The position numbers and the translations under genes are program-made. This document shows positions 51,741 to 64,000 of a stretch of DNA of 64,000 nt, one piece after another. The first letter of the stretch is position 1; each line of letters starts with the position of its first letter. The stretch spans positions 682,001-746,000 of the forward strand of contig OZ316896.1 of assembly GCA_973895155.1 (NCBI GenBank). Reading direction: 5' to 3'. Below the pieces are notes generated by a model that was given only the letters and a program-made list of their open reading frames with translations, ran no database searches and had not been told where the DNA came from. Source of the DNA: Marsupella aquatica (lineage: Eukaryota; Plantae; Marchantiophyta).

Positions 51741-53011
51741 TTACATGTGGCATTTTATGTTTAATTTCAAGTCAAGAAATATACTGATTTCACCCTCCGA
51801 GTATGTCCAAAATAAAGGGTGGAATAGTGGTTTGGTTGGTTTAAGTATTCACCCACATTTTGATGTTCAATGATGATATGTAATTTCATTTAACTTTCCT
51901 TCATCAAATCCTTGTTCCACATGTTTTGGTTCACTTTGAATAGATTGTACAGACTCATCACACCTGAGGTATTGAAATAGTAACCTTCAGTACATAACAA
52001 ATCTGGGGTCCCAATGTTAATCAAATTTAATTTAATTAAACATGGGGTCCAATAGGCACATTCAAGTAGGAGATCATAGTGTTTAATAGGCAACTAACTT
52101 TCTAGATGGATGGGTACAGTTTGGTTGCAATATCCAGAACAATATATTACGGCACCCTGGATATGGAAAGTGGATTATTTTTGGCTAGAATGGACCTCAC
52201 TATTTGCCAAAGGCAGGCCGCCGTGCAGCCGGTTTTCCATTTGCAAGGGCTACTCATTGGGCTGAAGTGCCTTAACATGCCCCGCGATATACTATTTGCC
52301 GCAATGGCGAGTGTAACCTGACTGCTAAATGAGTCACGGTTCTACACGTGGCATTTTGAGTCGTGCCGATAAGCGGGGACGAGGGCTGGAGTTGCGAGAG
52401 ACGGAAGCGACGACACAGATGTAGCGACCGTGACTTGCAGAACCACCACCAGGATCGGCAGCGTCAAAACGCCACCGCCTGCTCATCTCCATGGCTGCTC
52501 GCTATTGGGATTGATTGTTCCTACACAACCCAGCAACCTCGATGGACAAAAATTGATCAACGCAGTAGGTGGATCGATCGGTTTCCTACACGACAAAGCA
52601 ATGTCGAAGGACCACTGCAAATGGATGTGAATCCGAGCGCAGACGAGGACAGCATGGTGAGTCGATCAATCGAAAGAATAGGAGAGGGTTATTAGTTTGG
52701 CACGAGCTTGCTTCAATCAAACTGGAGCGGAGTGTTGGGTTCAGGAGAGCTGCAGAGCATAGCAGAGGAGAAGAGAGGAGAGCCTGAAAGGAGACGTCCT
52801 TCATGAGTGACTTGACCGGAAGCAACCTTGGGTGTGCGAATTAGATTCACTCATCCCTTGTCACCGCCTGTCATGTCTCTCAGTTGGAGACTTGAATTCA
52901 AGGTGTGGACTGCCAACTAATGGTTTCTATAAGAACACAACCGGCAGCATGTGCAATTCAACTTCAGTCAGCTCTCACCTGCAATTACACTGGGTCTGTA
53001 ACCAAAGCATT

Positions 53012-53161
53012 CACATCCACAAAACCAAACTTAGCCCCAATCGAATGTCACATTCTAACTGAATGAAAGAGTCCCGTTACTTCCCAAATCAAAAATCCTG
53101 TGAAACGCGACCATTCACGAAACCAAAATTAGCCCCAATCAAATGTCACATTCTAACTGAA
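53012..53161. repeat. Local direct repeat (~50-60 bp core, two copies)
   Basis: AAACCAAA(C/A)TTAGCCCCAATC(G/A)AATGTCACATTCTAACTGAA occurs twice. Confidence 0.8.
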
Positions 53162-56100
53162 GAAAAGTCAGAGTCTTTACTTCTTCCCCAATCTGGAATC
53201 CTGCATTAGCCAGTGGCAAATCAGTCACAAAATGAGCTCCGTGTTTGAGCCATCATTAATCCCCGCAGAAAGTCTACTCAAATGTGACAATCAATTCATC
53301 ACCCTCGACGAAGTGACCGCAGTTGAGAAATCAGTGATACCTGGACTGGGACCTGGAGATTTCTAAGAGAGAATGAGCCAGAGGATAGGATTGTAAACTC
53401 GTCCATGCATGATTGATCAAGAAGCGCGCTAGCTACAGCACATAAACTCTTACATAGACACTTATGCATTCAAGACTTTGGATGCGCCGGTGCACAAAGC
53501 CTTGCCTAGTTTACAAATGATCTAGAGCAAACCTGAGCTAGTTATGTGTCGTTCTCGATTCTTGCCACCTCTCGATTGCTATCCATACTCTTGAGATGAT
53601 TATGTACTTCCGGGTGCAAATATGAAATCTATCGGCACATCCAAATTTGAAGCACACCTCATCGCGCGAGCGTATGCGCTAAGTTCCCTACTGTCACAAC
53701 ATTAATCTCCCGACTGCACTCGGCCATGCATTGCCAATTGCCTCAGCCAATGTGCTCTAGCTTGCGAGACCGCAAATTGGCCTGTATCCACATCTTAATC
53801 TGCAGCACACATTGCGTGAGCAGATGCAGCACTAAGTTCTCTAACATCAAGTTCATAAAGCTCCTGACTGCCCTCAGCCAGCTTGCAAGATCAATGGCGA
53901 ATTAGTCCAATTTGCTTTCGTCTTGGCCCTCCCCCTTCGCGCCTTGCTTCGCGCCAAAGAGTACCTGGGTTTCTCTGCCACTTCGTACTCGATCTGTACA
54001 GTCTGGGCGTTTTGCCTTCTGGCCGCCTGGCCGCGCGATGTTGACTCCCCCTTTTTCTTTTGAATGGACCAAGGAGACGGTTCTTTTTTCCCTCTGACTG
54101 ACACCCTAACTAGTGAGGTGGCACACCCATGAATCCATGGAAATGTACTTTGGGCAGCTTTGGGGCAGTCCTATGAAAACTTCTAAATTCCAGTCTTTAA
54201 TTGTGGCAAAACTATTTCTAATGGGAGCTGGAGAGTCACTGAAAGGAGCCTGGTAGAGCTCTGGAATAAGCAAACCCCGTAGGAGAGGTTTGAATTGGCA
54301 AGGGTTAGAATAATTTTTAGATGCCTGACAGTCTCGAAATTCAGAGAAAGGAACGAAAGGAATTATGTTTAGATATTGATTGGGAGGAGAGTGAGTTTTT
54401 CTGATTGTTGTTGACAATCGAGGAAGTGCTGGAGGAGGTGGAGCAGAGACATGGACAGTTTGTTCGTGACTGAAGAACAACTTAGGGAGGTGCAGGGGCC
54501 TGAGCTAGCTGCACCATGCTGCTGCTCCTGTTGCTGTTGCTGCTTTCCCATTCTGGCTTAGGTTTGGGTACTTACTTAGTTCTTGATCTAATATAATTGT
54601 TCAAGCATCTACACATTGTCTTAATTTGGATAGTAACCGAAATCGAGAAGTAACATAATTACACGAAACAGGATTCGCTCCAATTTCAAGGCGGGAGATT
54701 TACAGACTGCTGCACCTGAGTTCGGCTAGAGCTCATTGAGTGCGAGAAATGAGAACGGGAATCTAGAACCTACTGGAGTGGAAGGAAAAGGAGAAAAAAA
54801 CAAAGTGGGTTCAGTTCAAGACGACGAGGGTTGAAGTTTTATTGCACAGGTGATATATGGTGGCAGGAAAGTAGATGCAAAAATCACGATCGGGAATTCG
54901 TCGTGGCAGAAACAGCGTTCGCAGAAAAAGTGGTCGCAAAAACTGTAGTGGATTTTGTATGCCTCCTAAGAATGTCGTTTACAATATTAATGTCACCTGC
55001 CTTCACTGGCAGGGGGGTTTCATATACTTTGTATATAATTGTTCATGTTCTCATGTTAAGAGATATATATATTACTGTGCGAATCATAGGTCGCCCGATG
55101 AACCACAGTACTTAGCTGGCTATGAAGAAGAGGAACACATTACAGAATTGATAAAAACACACATGATAAGGATGTTTGTTTGAATCTTAACGGACGAAAT
55201 AAAGTAATTGAGTACTAAATCAATCGATGGCTAGTGTTAAAAATATGTTCCTATGACAGTTATTCACTTCGTAATTGACGATCTCCAATTCCATTTCACA
55301 TCTTGTTCGAATGGCAACGGGCGAAAAAACCTGGTGCGATACTGAAATCTGGGATCCTAGAAAATCGTTTGGAAGCTGGAATTCTGGAATCCCTGCCAGT
55401 GCAGTGAGTGACCAACTGAAGGTGAGTGCACCAAGTGTACTAGCAAACACTTTTTACAATGTCTGTTTTACAGTGTAGTCGTGCACTCCATCAAGTTCAC
55501 ATTTTAAAATCTTGAGGCTGATCACGTGATTTAGGGCTGTGGTTGTTATTGTCGGAAAACATGTGAACAAAGAACACAGACGGAGAATACATACCGAAGG
55601 ACAAATTATGCATTTGTCGCCTGTGTTTCTCTTGTGACCTAACTGTTAAAGCTGACCATCATGGTCTTCTGATAAAGGTTCACTCTGCTAATTTCAGTCT
55701 CTGCTAGACTGAATGCTCTTTCATCACTTGCTGACAAAAGTCAAGCAGCCATTACTGACACGAGCTGTTTAATTATTCAGTCGTCCTATCCAAAGGCCCT
55801 TGCAAGTCATCGAAGGAGAGGCTTGGTTTACATTTCTAAGTCAGGATTGGAAGATGAAGCATATGCAACCTTTTCAAATTTTCATTCCAGCAAACACCGC
55901 TTACTGTCGGACGTATAATCCTTGCATCGTCAACTACAGCATATAGCAACTTAGCCAAAAAATATTTGCACAGATAAAGACCTGGCAAGCCAAGGAAGGG
56001 ATTGGTTAACAGATTGCCAGAGCCAATATCCGCATGAGCAAGCCTTCAAGACCCAAACAAAATCTTTTCACAGGAAACAAAACCTGTACTCAGAACACCT

Positions 56101-56726
56101 TGAGTAAACTCACAAAAGTAGACAGCGAAACGTTCATTCCTTGATTTTGGGACAAACTTTGCATTCCTGAAAAGTTAGAAACATGAACAGAGAAATTGCA
56201 TGACGGAAGGTTTCATCTTGCTTCACTCGAAGAATGGTTATTTTTTGAAGCCCCTGTTCATAACAAGAAAACTACTGGAGGGCTTACGCAAAACCCTTTT
56301 GTCTCCTTAATCGACAAAGGAAAGTTAGAGTAGGTATCGGAAATTTACTTTTGCATATCAAGCCCAGAGCTTCATTTCGCACGTCTGTTATTTCGACTTG
56401 CAAGAACTAATATAGTTATGACGTGAACCTGGAACCGTGACTCACAGTGACCAACGATTTTCTTCCCGGTACTTTGTCAGTGAGAGTACCTGAAGGATTG
56501 GGAATGGTGAACGGATGAAACAGTCTTTGAGCCTGCTAAGGGCCAGGTACAACGCCAAACTGCATACTCTAAAGTTCCTCGGACGGAACTGCCATCCTGA
56601 GGGCTGCAGTGAAAGCTCTCGAAAATAATCTTTGAAATAGATGCTCGCCATCAAGGAAACAACGCAAACCTGATTATATCTGGGCTGCAAGAGAGTAGTG
56701 TGTTCGTGATTGAGCTTTCAATCTGC

Positions 56727-59700
56727 TCACCAGTAATCACCACAAGAACACACGCCATCTTTAAAATGATGAAAGCGACTTGCATCCCTCGTTATAATCT
56801 CGCGTCCTGTCACCTTAGAGATAAACTTGGTTGCTGTATGGCAATCTGAGCATACCCGAAGATTCTTCCTTACACGAATTGGTTCTTCCTCAGGTATGTG
56901 AATTAGTCCGTAAGCAATAGCCAACTTCTCACTGTGAGAGCAAAGAGCTAGTTCTTTATCCTCCTCGTTGATTTCATGCAACACAAGCCGAGTATCCGGA
57001 ATGTAGCCTTCAGCCTTCAAAGTTTCAATCAATTTATTGAGCTCAGTATATATCACCTTCGCTTCTGGGTGAGATGTATCCCCTACAACAAATTCATGGA
57101 TCTTGTTATCAACTTCAATCCAGCTACGCCCTGGCTCCTTCCGAACACCTCTCTTTTGCATCATACTGCGCACCAATGAAACCTTCTCCCATTTGCCAGC
57201 TGCAGCATAGATATTGGAGAGAAGCACATATGTAGAGGCCTTGCTGGGTTCCAACTTGAAAAGCTCGTTAGCGGCAAGTTCGCCTAACTCCACATTACGA
57301 TAAGTTCTACAAGCCCCAAGCAAAGCTGTCCAAGTTACTCCATCTGGTTCAATTGGCATATCACTAATGAAGAGCTTCGCTTCCACCAAGTGCCCCGCCC
57401 GCCCAAGAAGATCCACCATGCAGGTATAATGCTTGATGTTAGGCTCGATGCCATAATCTTGCGTCATAGCTAAAAAGAGTCTACGGCCGTCGTCAACAAG
57501 GCCTCCATGACAACAGGCTGACAACACTGCCACGAATGAATAATTGTCAGGCTTCACACCGTCTGCGTTCATTTTCCTGAAAAGTTTCACGGCTTCATTC
57601 CCATATCCATGTTGTGCAAGTCCACCGATCATTACATTCCATGTGACTATATCCCGTTTCTCCATTCTGTCAAAAACCAGTCGCGCATCATCTATACTGC
57701 CACTCTCTGCATACATGTGAATTAGTGCATTGCCCACACGCAAATCCGACTCCAGTCCCGCTTTGCTAGCATGGGCATGAACCTCCTTCACCCACTCCAA
57801 AGCCCCGGCGCTTGCAGCTGCATTGAGAATACTCGAATAAGTGAATGCGTCCGGTTCGAAGCCTTCCCGTCTCATTTCCAGAAACAGTCGATATGCTTCC
57901 ACACCATGACCAGTCTCTGCATAAGCTCCAACCATTATGTTCCATGTGATTAGATCTCGTTTTTTCACTCGGTCAAACATTCGCCGGGCACTATCTACAT
58001 TGCCACTTGCGGTATACGCACCAATCATTACATTCCAAGTGATAATTGTTCGATTCGTCAAATTTTCAAAAACTCGCCTTGCCTCCGTAATGCAACCACA
58101 TTTTGCATACATCTGTAGGAGGGCTGTCCCTACGCGCACATCTGTTTCAAAGCCGGCATGTCGAATACACTCGTGAACTTGTTTTCCGCATGATAGAGCT
58201 ACTGGGCTGGCACATGCCTTCAAGATGCACAGATATGTGACATCAGTAGGCCGCGCACCAGCTTGGCGCATTAATTTGAAAAGCTCCAGTGCGGATTCAG
58301 CATCATCACTCCTAGCATATCCTGCAATCATTGTGTTCCAAGTCACTACGCTCTTTCTCTCGAGTTCATCGAAAACTCGCCGTGCATCCAAAAGTCCCCC
58401 GCACCTGATATAAACATTCAAGAGGATGTTCGCCACATACGTATTTTTATCTATTCCACTCGGAATGATGCAGTCATGAACCTGCTTGGCCGCTAAAAGG
58501 TCATTCTGTTTCAAGCACATTTGCAGTACTTTCACATACGTGTCCGAGTCTGTAGTAATGCCTCGTTGTAGACGATGCTGCAAAACAGCAATTGCTTCAC
58601 TCGTGGTACCAGCGCTATGCATGTGTGTACTGCTATTCCCTTGTGCAGTGTCTCGAGACCAATTCGGATTAGAATTGCTGGAAGCGATTGGATTTGAGCT
58701 TCTTGGGAGAGGTTGTTTACCAAGCATGTAGCTCGTTTCAAAGCTTGGACCAGATTGCCGATTAGTTGGACTTGGGGCTCGCTGATCAGATGTGCTCTTT
58801 CCCGCCCGTCCTAACCTTCTATGCCCTAAGATAGTGCTGACAGTGGGTACTGGCTTAGAGTTTACTTTCAAACCCGGCTGGACAACTTCGAGCGTCGATG
58901 ATGAAGTACCTTGGTCAAAATTCCCGGGAGCACTCAAGTCCCCGTCCTTGCTCTGATCTACGCTCGCGGAAGGGAAATGAGGCTCAAGTGCCGTGTGGAG
59001 CTGGGTGACTAGAGAGGGATAATTCCGTGGGGCTCGATGACATTCGTCTAAGTGTCTATTGAAAGACTGTACATCCACAGTTCTCTTCGGTCCTCGGCTG
59101 GGATACAAGTTGAAATCGTCTTTAAACTTTTCCTTCGGCCTTGGCCTCTGCTGTTTCAGCGCTCTGGCATCTCCATAAAAAGAAGACGGGAAATGCTTCA
59201 CACAAGAACTTCCATTTTGTAATTTATTATCCAGGAGAAGTAACCCCTGCTGCTGATGGCTGAAAAAATGAAAACACGCAGTTCAGAAGTCAGAGGGATG
59301 GACAACGGTTGGCAATGCCCTACAATCCAAAGACGCGACCAAGGATGTGTGCATTGGAGGCACTTTTAGGGGGGGGGGGGAGGGGAGGAGGGAGGGAGGG
59401 AGGGAGGGAAGAAAAGAAAAGGAATTGTACATTGAATTCACTGAACCCAACCTGAGATCATTATTCCTAATAGCCTATATCGAACCGATTTTGAGAACCT
59501 CCCAGTGAATCACAATCACTAAAGGATTAGAACAGAGGCCCAATGATAGAGTGCAACATGTGCGGAACATTTCCAAGTTAGCAACAGAAGAATGAGAAAT
59601 GAAATTAAACGAAGATCACCAGAAGCAGAAACTAATATACGTACATCTAGAAGGACAGAAACTAAACAGCCATGGACCAACATGAAATGTAATCACGAAC

Positions 59701-59870
59701 CTTGGGATCGACCTGATAGTATGCGAGGAATGCTGAAGAACTCGTCGACAGGGCCGGAAGTGGGAAGAGAGGAAAGAGGTGGAGACAGAGGAGAGGTGCG
59801 GGGTCTTCTGCTGTGGCAGAAACTGCACCGGCGGCCCCAACCTCGGCAGGATTAGGCTGCTCCCTTCCAT
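56727..59870 (-). CDS. PLS-class PPR protein with E and DYW cytidine deaminase domain (organellar RNA-editing factor type); join 59870-59713, 59259-56727, 896 aa
   Basis: P-L-S repeats (VTWNTMIAGYA, VGTALLQMYAKCG), PG box (KEPGRSWIEV), HSEKLA, CSDCH, terminal CSCGDYW. The upstream 158-nt exon (MEGSSLILPRL...SSVSTSFLSSHFRPCRR, transit-peptide-like) splices in phase 2 via AG|GT...TTTCAG|C, giving 2691 nt. Confidence 0.95.
59369..59408. repeat. Poly-G/(GGGA)n microsatellite in the PPR intron
   Basis: G run followed by repeated GGGA. Confidence 0.9.
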
Positions 59871-61846
59871 CACTTCACTCACAACAATCCCTCTCCTCCA
59901 CACTCTCCTCAAAGGGCCCGCTCTCGCATTTTTCCTTCTTCCTCCACCACTTCGTCCGCCATGCCCCTGCTCGAGACCTTTCCCCCTGTCACCCAGTCCA
60001 ATCCGCTCTGATGCAACCCATCTATCGTAATCCAATCTAATGCGATCTCTGGGACCGCACTACATTTCTACAGTCAGAACGTTAAATCCTAAACCCTACT
60101 CTCTTCTGAGACAGGTGACGACTCGCTTGAATTCCACCTCCATAGCTACATCCGCAGCCATCTCTAGTTTCTCCTTCGTCCGCCCCCGTTTCTGCTACGC
60201 TGCTGCTGCTCTAAGTGAATGTCACACCAAGGTGATCTCGGTGGCTATGGTGGTGAGGAGGAGGAACCATTGATCTGTCACTTGGAATTAAGCTCGAATT
60301 TGCTCTCGCATAATAAGCCTTTGCTCCTTCACCTCGAATTGAGGTATCAGCTTTTTAAGTATTTGTCACTAAAGATTTTTCAAGATGTTCTAATTGACAA
60401 TATTGCCACTATTGCCATTTTCTTTTAATTTATAAAATGTCCCTGATTCATATATGGATGACAAGCTACCAAAATAACCGGGGAAATTATATAAAAAACA
60501 ACATGGCATTTTTGTAAATACCAAAAAAACAGTGACAGTATTGTATATTCAACCATCTTTAGTGAGGAGTTATTCCAAATCCCAACTTTGGCTCACCAAT
60601 TACAAATCCCAAACCCCAATGGCCTCCATCAGGATAATGTAAACCCCGTCAAAGTTTTTCTTTTTCTAGATGAGAGTTCTATGTAAACCGTTGTTTAGTT
60701 TGATGCTGCCCAAAATGTCAAAATTACTAACAGGCCCCCAAAACTAATTTAATCATGAGGTTGCCGACCATCCACGGGAGAGTTCCAAGTGGTTTTTCAG
60801 GAACATTTGCCTCACTACTATATATGGAAGATGTTCTCCCTCATTGGAGTGGACTTTACTGTCTTGTTAGGATGGGCCTGGCCAATTTTTGCCTATAAAT
60901 TCCATACCAGAATCTTTTTGCTAATCTGGAACTTCTGCAGGCCAGGCTCCAAGGTTTTACTTTTACAGAGCTTGATGAAGATCAAAAAGCTGGTTTCCCA
61001 AGAGGGTCAGAATCAAGTGGTCCCCAACCAACATTCCCCATGACCAGTGGGAAAGGCCAAAAAAGATCTGAGAAGGAGTAGATGTGTTTTGTCCAAAATG
61101 GGCGTCACCATACAGTGGTGAGCATTTGAAGTATACAATCGGTTAAGGCACCTAAGGTCTTGAATCAATAGACAACGTACTTAAACATGGGCCCCATGTC
61201 CTTGTAAAGCCAACTGTGACCGTTTCCACTCCTCTAGTGGTTGAGATTTAATCTCACTGGGAGTAAAAAAGCAACGGGCGGGACAACTTGAATGTCAAGT
61301 CAGTAAGCCACCCTTAATATAAATCCAATCACTTTCAATCCATTCAAGGACAGCCGTGTATGTTCTGGCATGACGGACCCATGTGACTCTCATACATCCG
61401 TTTTCCAATAGTGCACGTACTGAATGGCAGTGCAAAATGATTTGGGTGAGGGGCAATCATTGGGACAAAGAAATTGCAGCCGAAAAGGCATCATAGACCA
61501 AAAGTTTCCTTGTTTTGATACTTGTCATATTTGTCCTTTATGGACCTCTTGTGCTTTTACTTTGTTTGGCCACTTTTTGAAGATTGGCCAAGACTCTTTT
61601 TCCTTCCCCTTTTCCCAAATGAATTGGTTGTGTATAAAGCAGAAAGGTCCGGCAACCAGCTGGGAAAGGTTATATGTGATTTGAAGAGTTGAGATTGGTT
61701 GAAGACTATCTTACCTTAACCTCAATGGCCCAGGTTCAATCCTCCCTCCACACATAAGGGATGTGGAGGGTATGTGTGTGTAAGTGGGTGAGGTGTAGTG
61801 GTGGGAGTATTGATTGGGAGTATTGATTATCTCTTCAGCCTTGGTT

Positions 61847-62010
61847 GCCCACTTTGGGTTCTGGTTTAATCTTCTTTCCCTCCTGGTCTCAGTACTCCTG
61901 ACTTCTATCCTTTGTTGGATGCCCACTTTGGGTTCTGGTTTAATACTCTTTCCCTCCTGGTTTGAGTACTCCTGGTTTGAGTACTCCTGACTTCTATCCT
62001 TTGTTGGATG
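61847..62010. repeat. Two-copy tandem duplication (~75-90 bp)
   Basis: GCCCACTTTGGGTTCTGGTTTAAT...AGTACTCCTGACTTCTATCCTTTGTTGGATG occurs twice. Confidence 0.85.
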
Positions 62011-63249
62011 GGGTCTTGTCCCCTTGTGGCTACCCTACATAAAAATGCTTGCTCCAAAACAGTAAATCTATCCTCTGTTGGATTTGGATGAGCTTACTTT
62101 CGGTTCTCAAGGCAAAAAAATAGCACAAACTCCAAACTGGCAAATGAATAGAAATTTAGATAAAAGAATAAAAACGTGTTTGAATAGAATGAATAGAATA
62201 GATTCTAAAGTTGATCGTCTCCCGAGTCGGAGGATCTCCCAAGTCAGCAGGTTCGGGGACTTTCTCCCGAGTGGGTAGGTTCGGTCAGAGAAAAAGTGCG
62301 GGCCCCGGTTAGAATCATAATGGTTAGATGCGCCCCGTGCATTTTGACCCCGTGGTCCAAACCGCGTCCTTAGCTGGGACCCTCTGAAGTCCTGGGACGG
62401 TTCAGAAACGGTCCCTATCCCTCCCGAGCGACTCCAGCTTCTCCTCTGTCTCTAACAGGGAACTCGGCGAAACTCTCGACAAATCCTCGAAAAATTCTCG
62501 ACAATTCATTCTCTAGGATTACAGGAGATCGGAGCTCCGAATGCGGAGGACGTGGCGGTGGGAGAAGCCAATTCGACCGAGGATTGCGGAAATTTGGTGC
62601 GTGAGGAAGTTTGTACGCAAGGCGGCTTCGTGAGTTTCGGGCCCCTTTTCGACTGTCGAGCGCTACTACTAGTGTTGAAGTGTTCTGTAGTAGTCATGCC
62701 GGAATCGAAATGTGCTTGGCAGGTAGCGGAGAGAATATTGTCGGCGAGCACTTGTTTAATGATTTTTCGCCAGAGCGGACAGGAAAGCTGACCGATGCGA
62801 TAGAGCTTTGGACTTGTGCGCGAACATTTTTGAAGAGGGCCCTGCTACCATCGCCTCGGTCGTACGTTAGCGGTCCTTTTGCCCTTTCTCCTTCGGTAGT
62901 AGGCTGGTAGTACTGATTGCGTGGGCCAGAGGTGTCATTGTCACTCGAAGAAGGCACGTCTTGTGTGTGCGCTTCGTCTTCCTATCTGCCGGGATACGAT
63001 TTTACAAAGTTTGCGTCTCTCCGGCGGCAAGTTGCTAATAACGGAGCTGGGAAGGAGGAGTGGGAGGAGGAGGAGAATTGATTGAGCGACCTAATCAGAA
63101 GTGTCTCGCTGTGGTTTTGAGTTGCCTACAGATTACAGAGGTGGAGGAGGATTTCGGAGGAGAATTGAGTGAGCCGACTGCGTAGAGAAGGGGGAGGAGG
63201 TTTGCATTCTGGACCAGGATTGACCCGGGAAGAACAGATAGAGAGGGAG

Positions 63250-63776
63250 ATGGGGGAAGTTCCAGCAGATGTGATGGCGGTAAAGTCTCTGGTGGAGGAG
63301 AGGAGGAACGCAGGGGTTGATGTCGAGGCCTTGAAAGTGGTGTGGGAGGGGGGCGAGGAGGCGAAAAAAGTCGCTGATAAGATGAAGCAACTCGTGGCCA
63401 GTGATCCGGTAGATTTCTGCATGTTTTTCGTTTATCCTTTTGTAAATTGAAGTTTTTCTGATCTCCTCAATCATGTTTCCTGGATGGCCTTTCCGGAATG
63501 TCTTGTCAATTACACACCTTGTACTCAATTCTCGTTCGGAATGAAACATTCAGTGGAATCTCTTCGTCATGTGTAATTAATTAGGGTGGATTAGAACAGC
63601 GGTGTCCTGCGACTTTGGAAGCAGAACTACAAGTAATGAAATGAGTTGTGATGGTTATTGTGTATAGGTATTCATCAAGGACAATCGGCCACGGATCGAC
63701 CGCAAGGACTTGTATAAGCTCTCGCTGAGAAAGGCAGCACGTGCTTGGCAGCTCGTTCAGGAGCTCTCATTGACAG
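63250..63776 (+). CDS. ACX1: Peroxisomal acyl-CoA oxidase (ACX1-like), first two exons 63250-63408 and 63668-63776; continues beyond the window
   Basis: Spliced MGEVPADVMAVKSLVEERRNAGVDVEALKVVWEGGEEAKKVADKMKQLVASDP|VFIKDNRPRIDRKDLYKLSLRKAARAWQLVQELSLT matches the plant ACX1 N-terminus pattern as I recall it (L..ER.KA.FDVE.MKIVWAG...LVASDPVF.K.NR..L.RKEL...LRK). Confidence 0.88.
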
Positions 63777-64000
63777 GTTTGCCGTGTACCAATAAACCAA
63801 GCCGATGTTTGTCATCCTGTACCGGGTTTTTACTATTGTCGAGTACTAATTAAGGTCCTTTGTCATCATTTCATCGACCAGCAACAACCTAATATAGTCA
63901 TGTACTTACAGTATATGCCAATTTTAGCCTGCAATCGTCTCAAGTTACCCTCGTGCAACCCGTAGAGTAACGCCCTTGGCCCTAGAGATTATAGTGGTCT

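Larger units (their letters stand above)
31809..52313. mobile_element. Putative large multi-gene DNA transposon (RAG1/Transib-like transposase, kinase-like ORF, BAH-like gene, ATGAC arrays); boundaries tentative
   Basis: DDE transposase motifs, accessory ORFs showing decay, and the same GTCAT..ATGAC motif arrays abutting both convergent genes. Only a degenerate candidate TIR; no TSD found. Confidence 0.55.

Noticed and set aside
52363-55480. Short ORFs (including a poly-Q start at 54551) and a possible LTR start TGTAGCGACC near 52420
   Set aside because: No recognisable domains, no consistent exon chain, and no matching LTR end or TSD.
62506-62957. Overlapping 80-100 aa ORFs upstream of ACX1
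   Set aside because: No recognisable homology; open frames on both strands fit GC-rich promoter or UTR sequence.

Overview
Eukaryotic land-plant DNA with GT-AG introns; a moss or other bryophyte is my inference, not shown. Left half: a tandem duplication of a minus-strand malectin-like/LRR/TM/kinase receptor gene (LRR-I type). Copy A (479-8623) looks intact but its last exon lies outside the window. Copy B (19765-28270) has a 4-nt frameshift in the malectin region. Between and around them lie MITEs, a probable solo LTR and LINE-like debris. Centre (~31.8-52.3 kb), the most interesting part: a probable large DNA transposon carrying (i) a 560-aa kinase-fold ORF lacking two catalytic aspartates, (ii) a spliced, once-frameshifted DDE transposase whose motifs match the RAG1/Transib core in order, (iii) about 6 kb of GTCAT/ATGAC-rich arrays including a ~570-bp satellite, and (iv) a convergently oriented spliced gene with BAH-like and ubiquitin-like domains. 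Right end: a two-exon PLS-type DYW PPR gene (minus strand) head-to-head with the first two exons of an acyl-CoA oxidase (ACX1-like). All family assignments come from recognising motifs by eye; no database searches were run.
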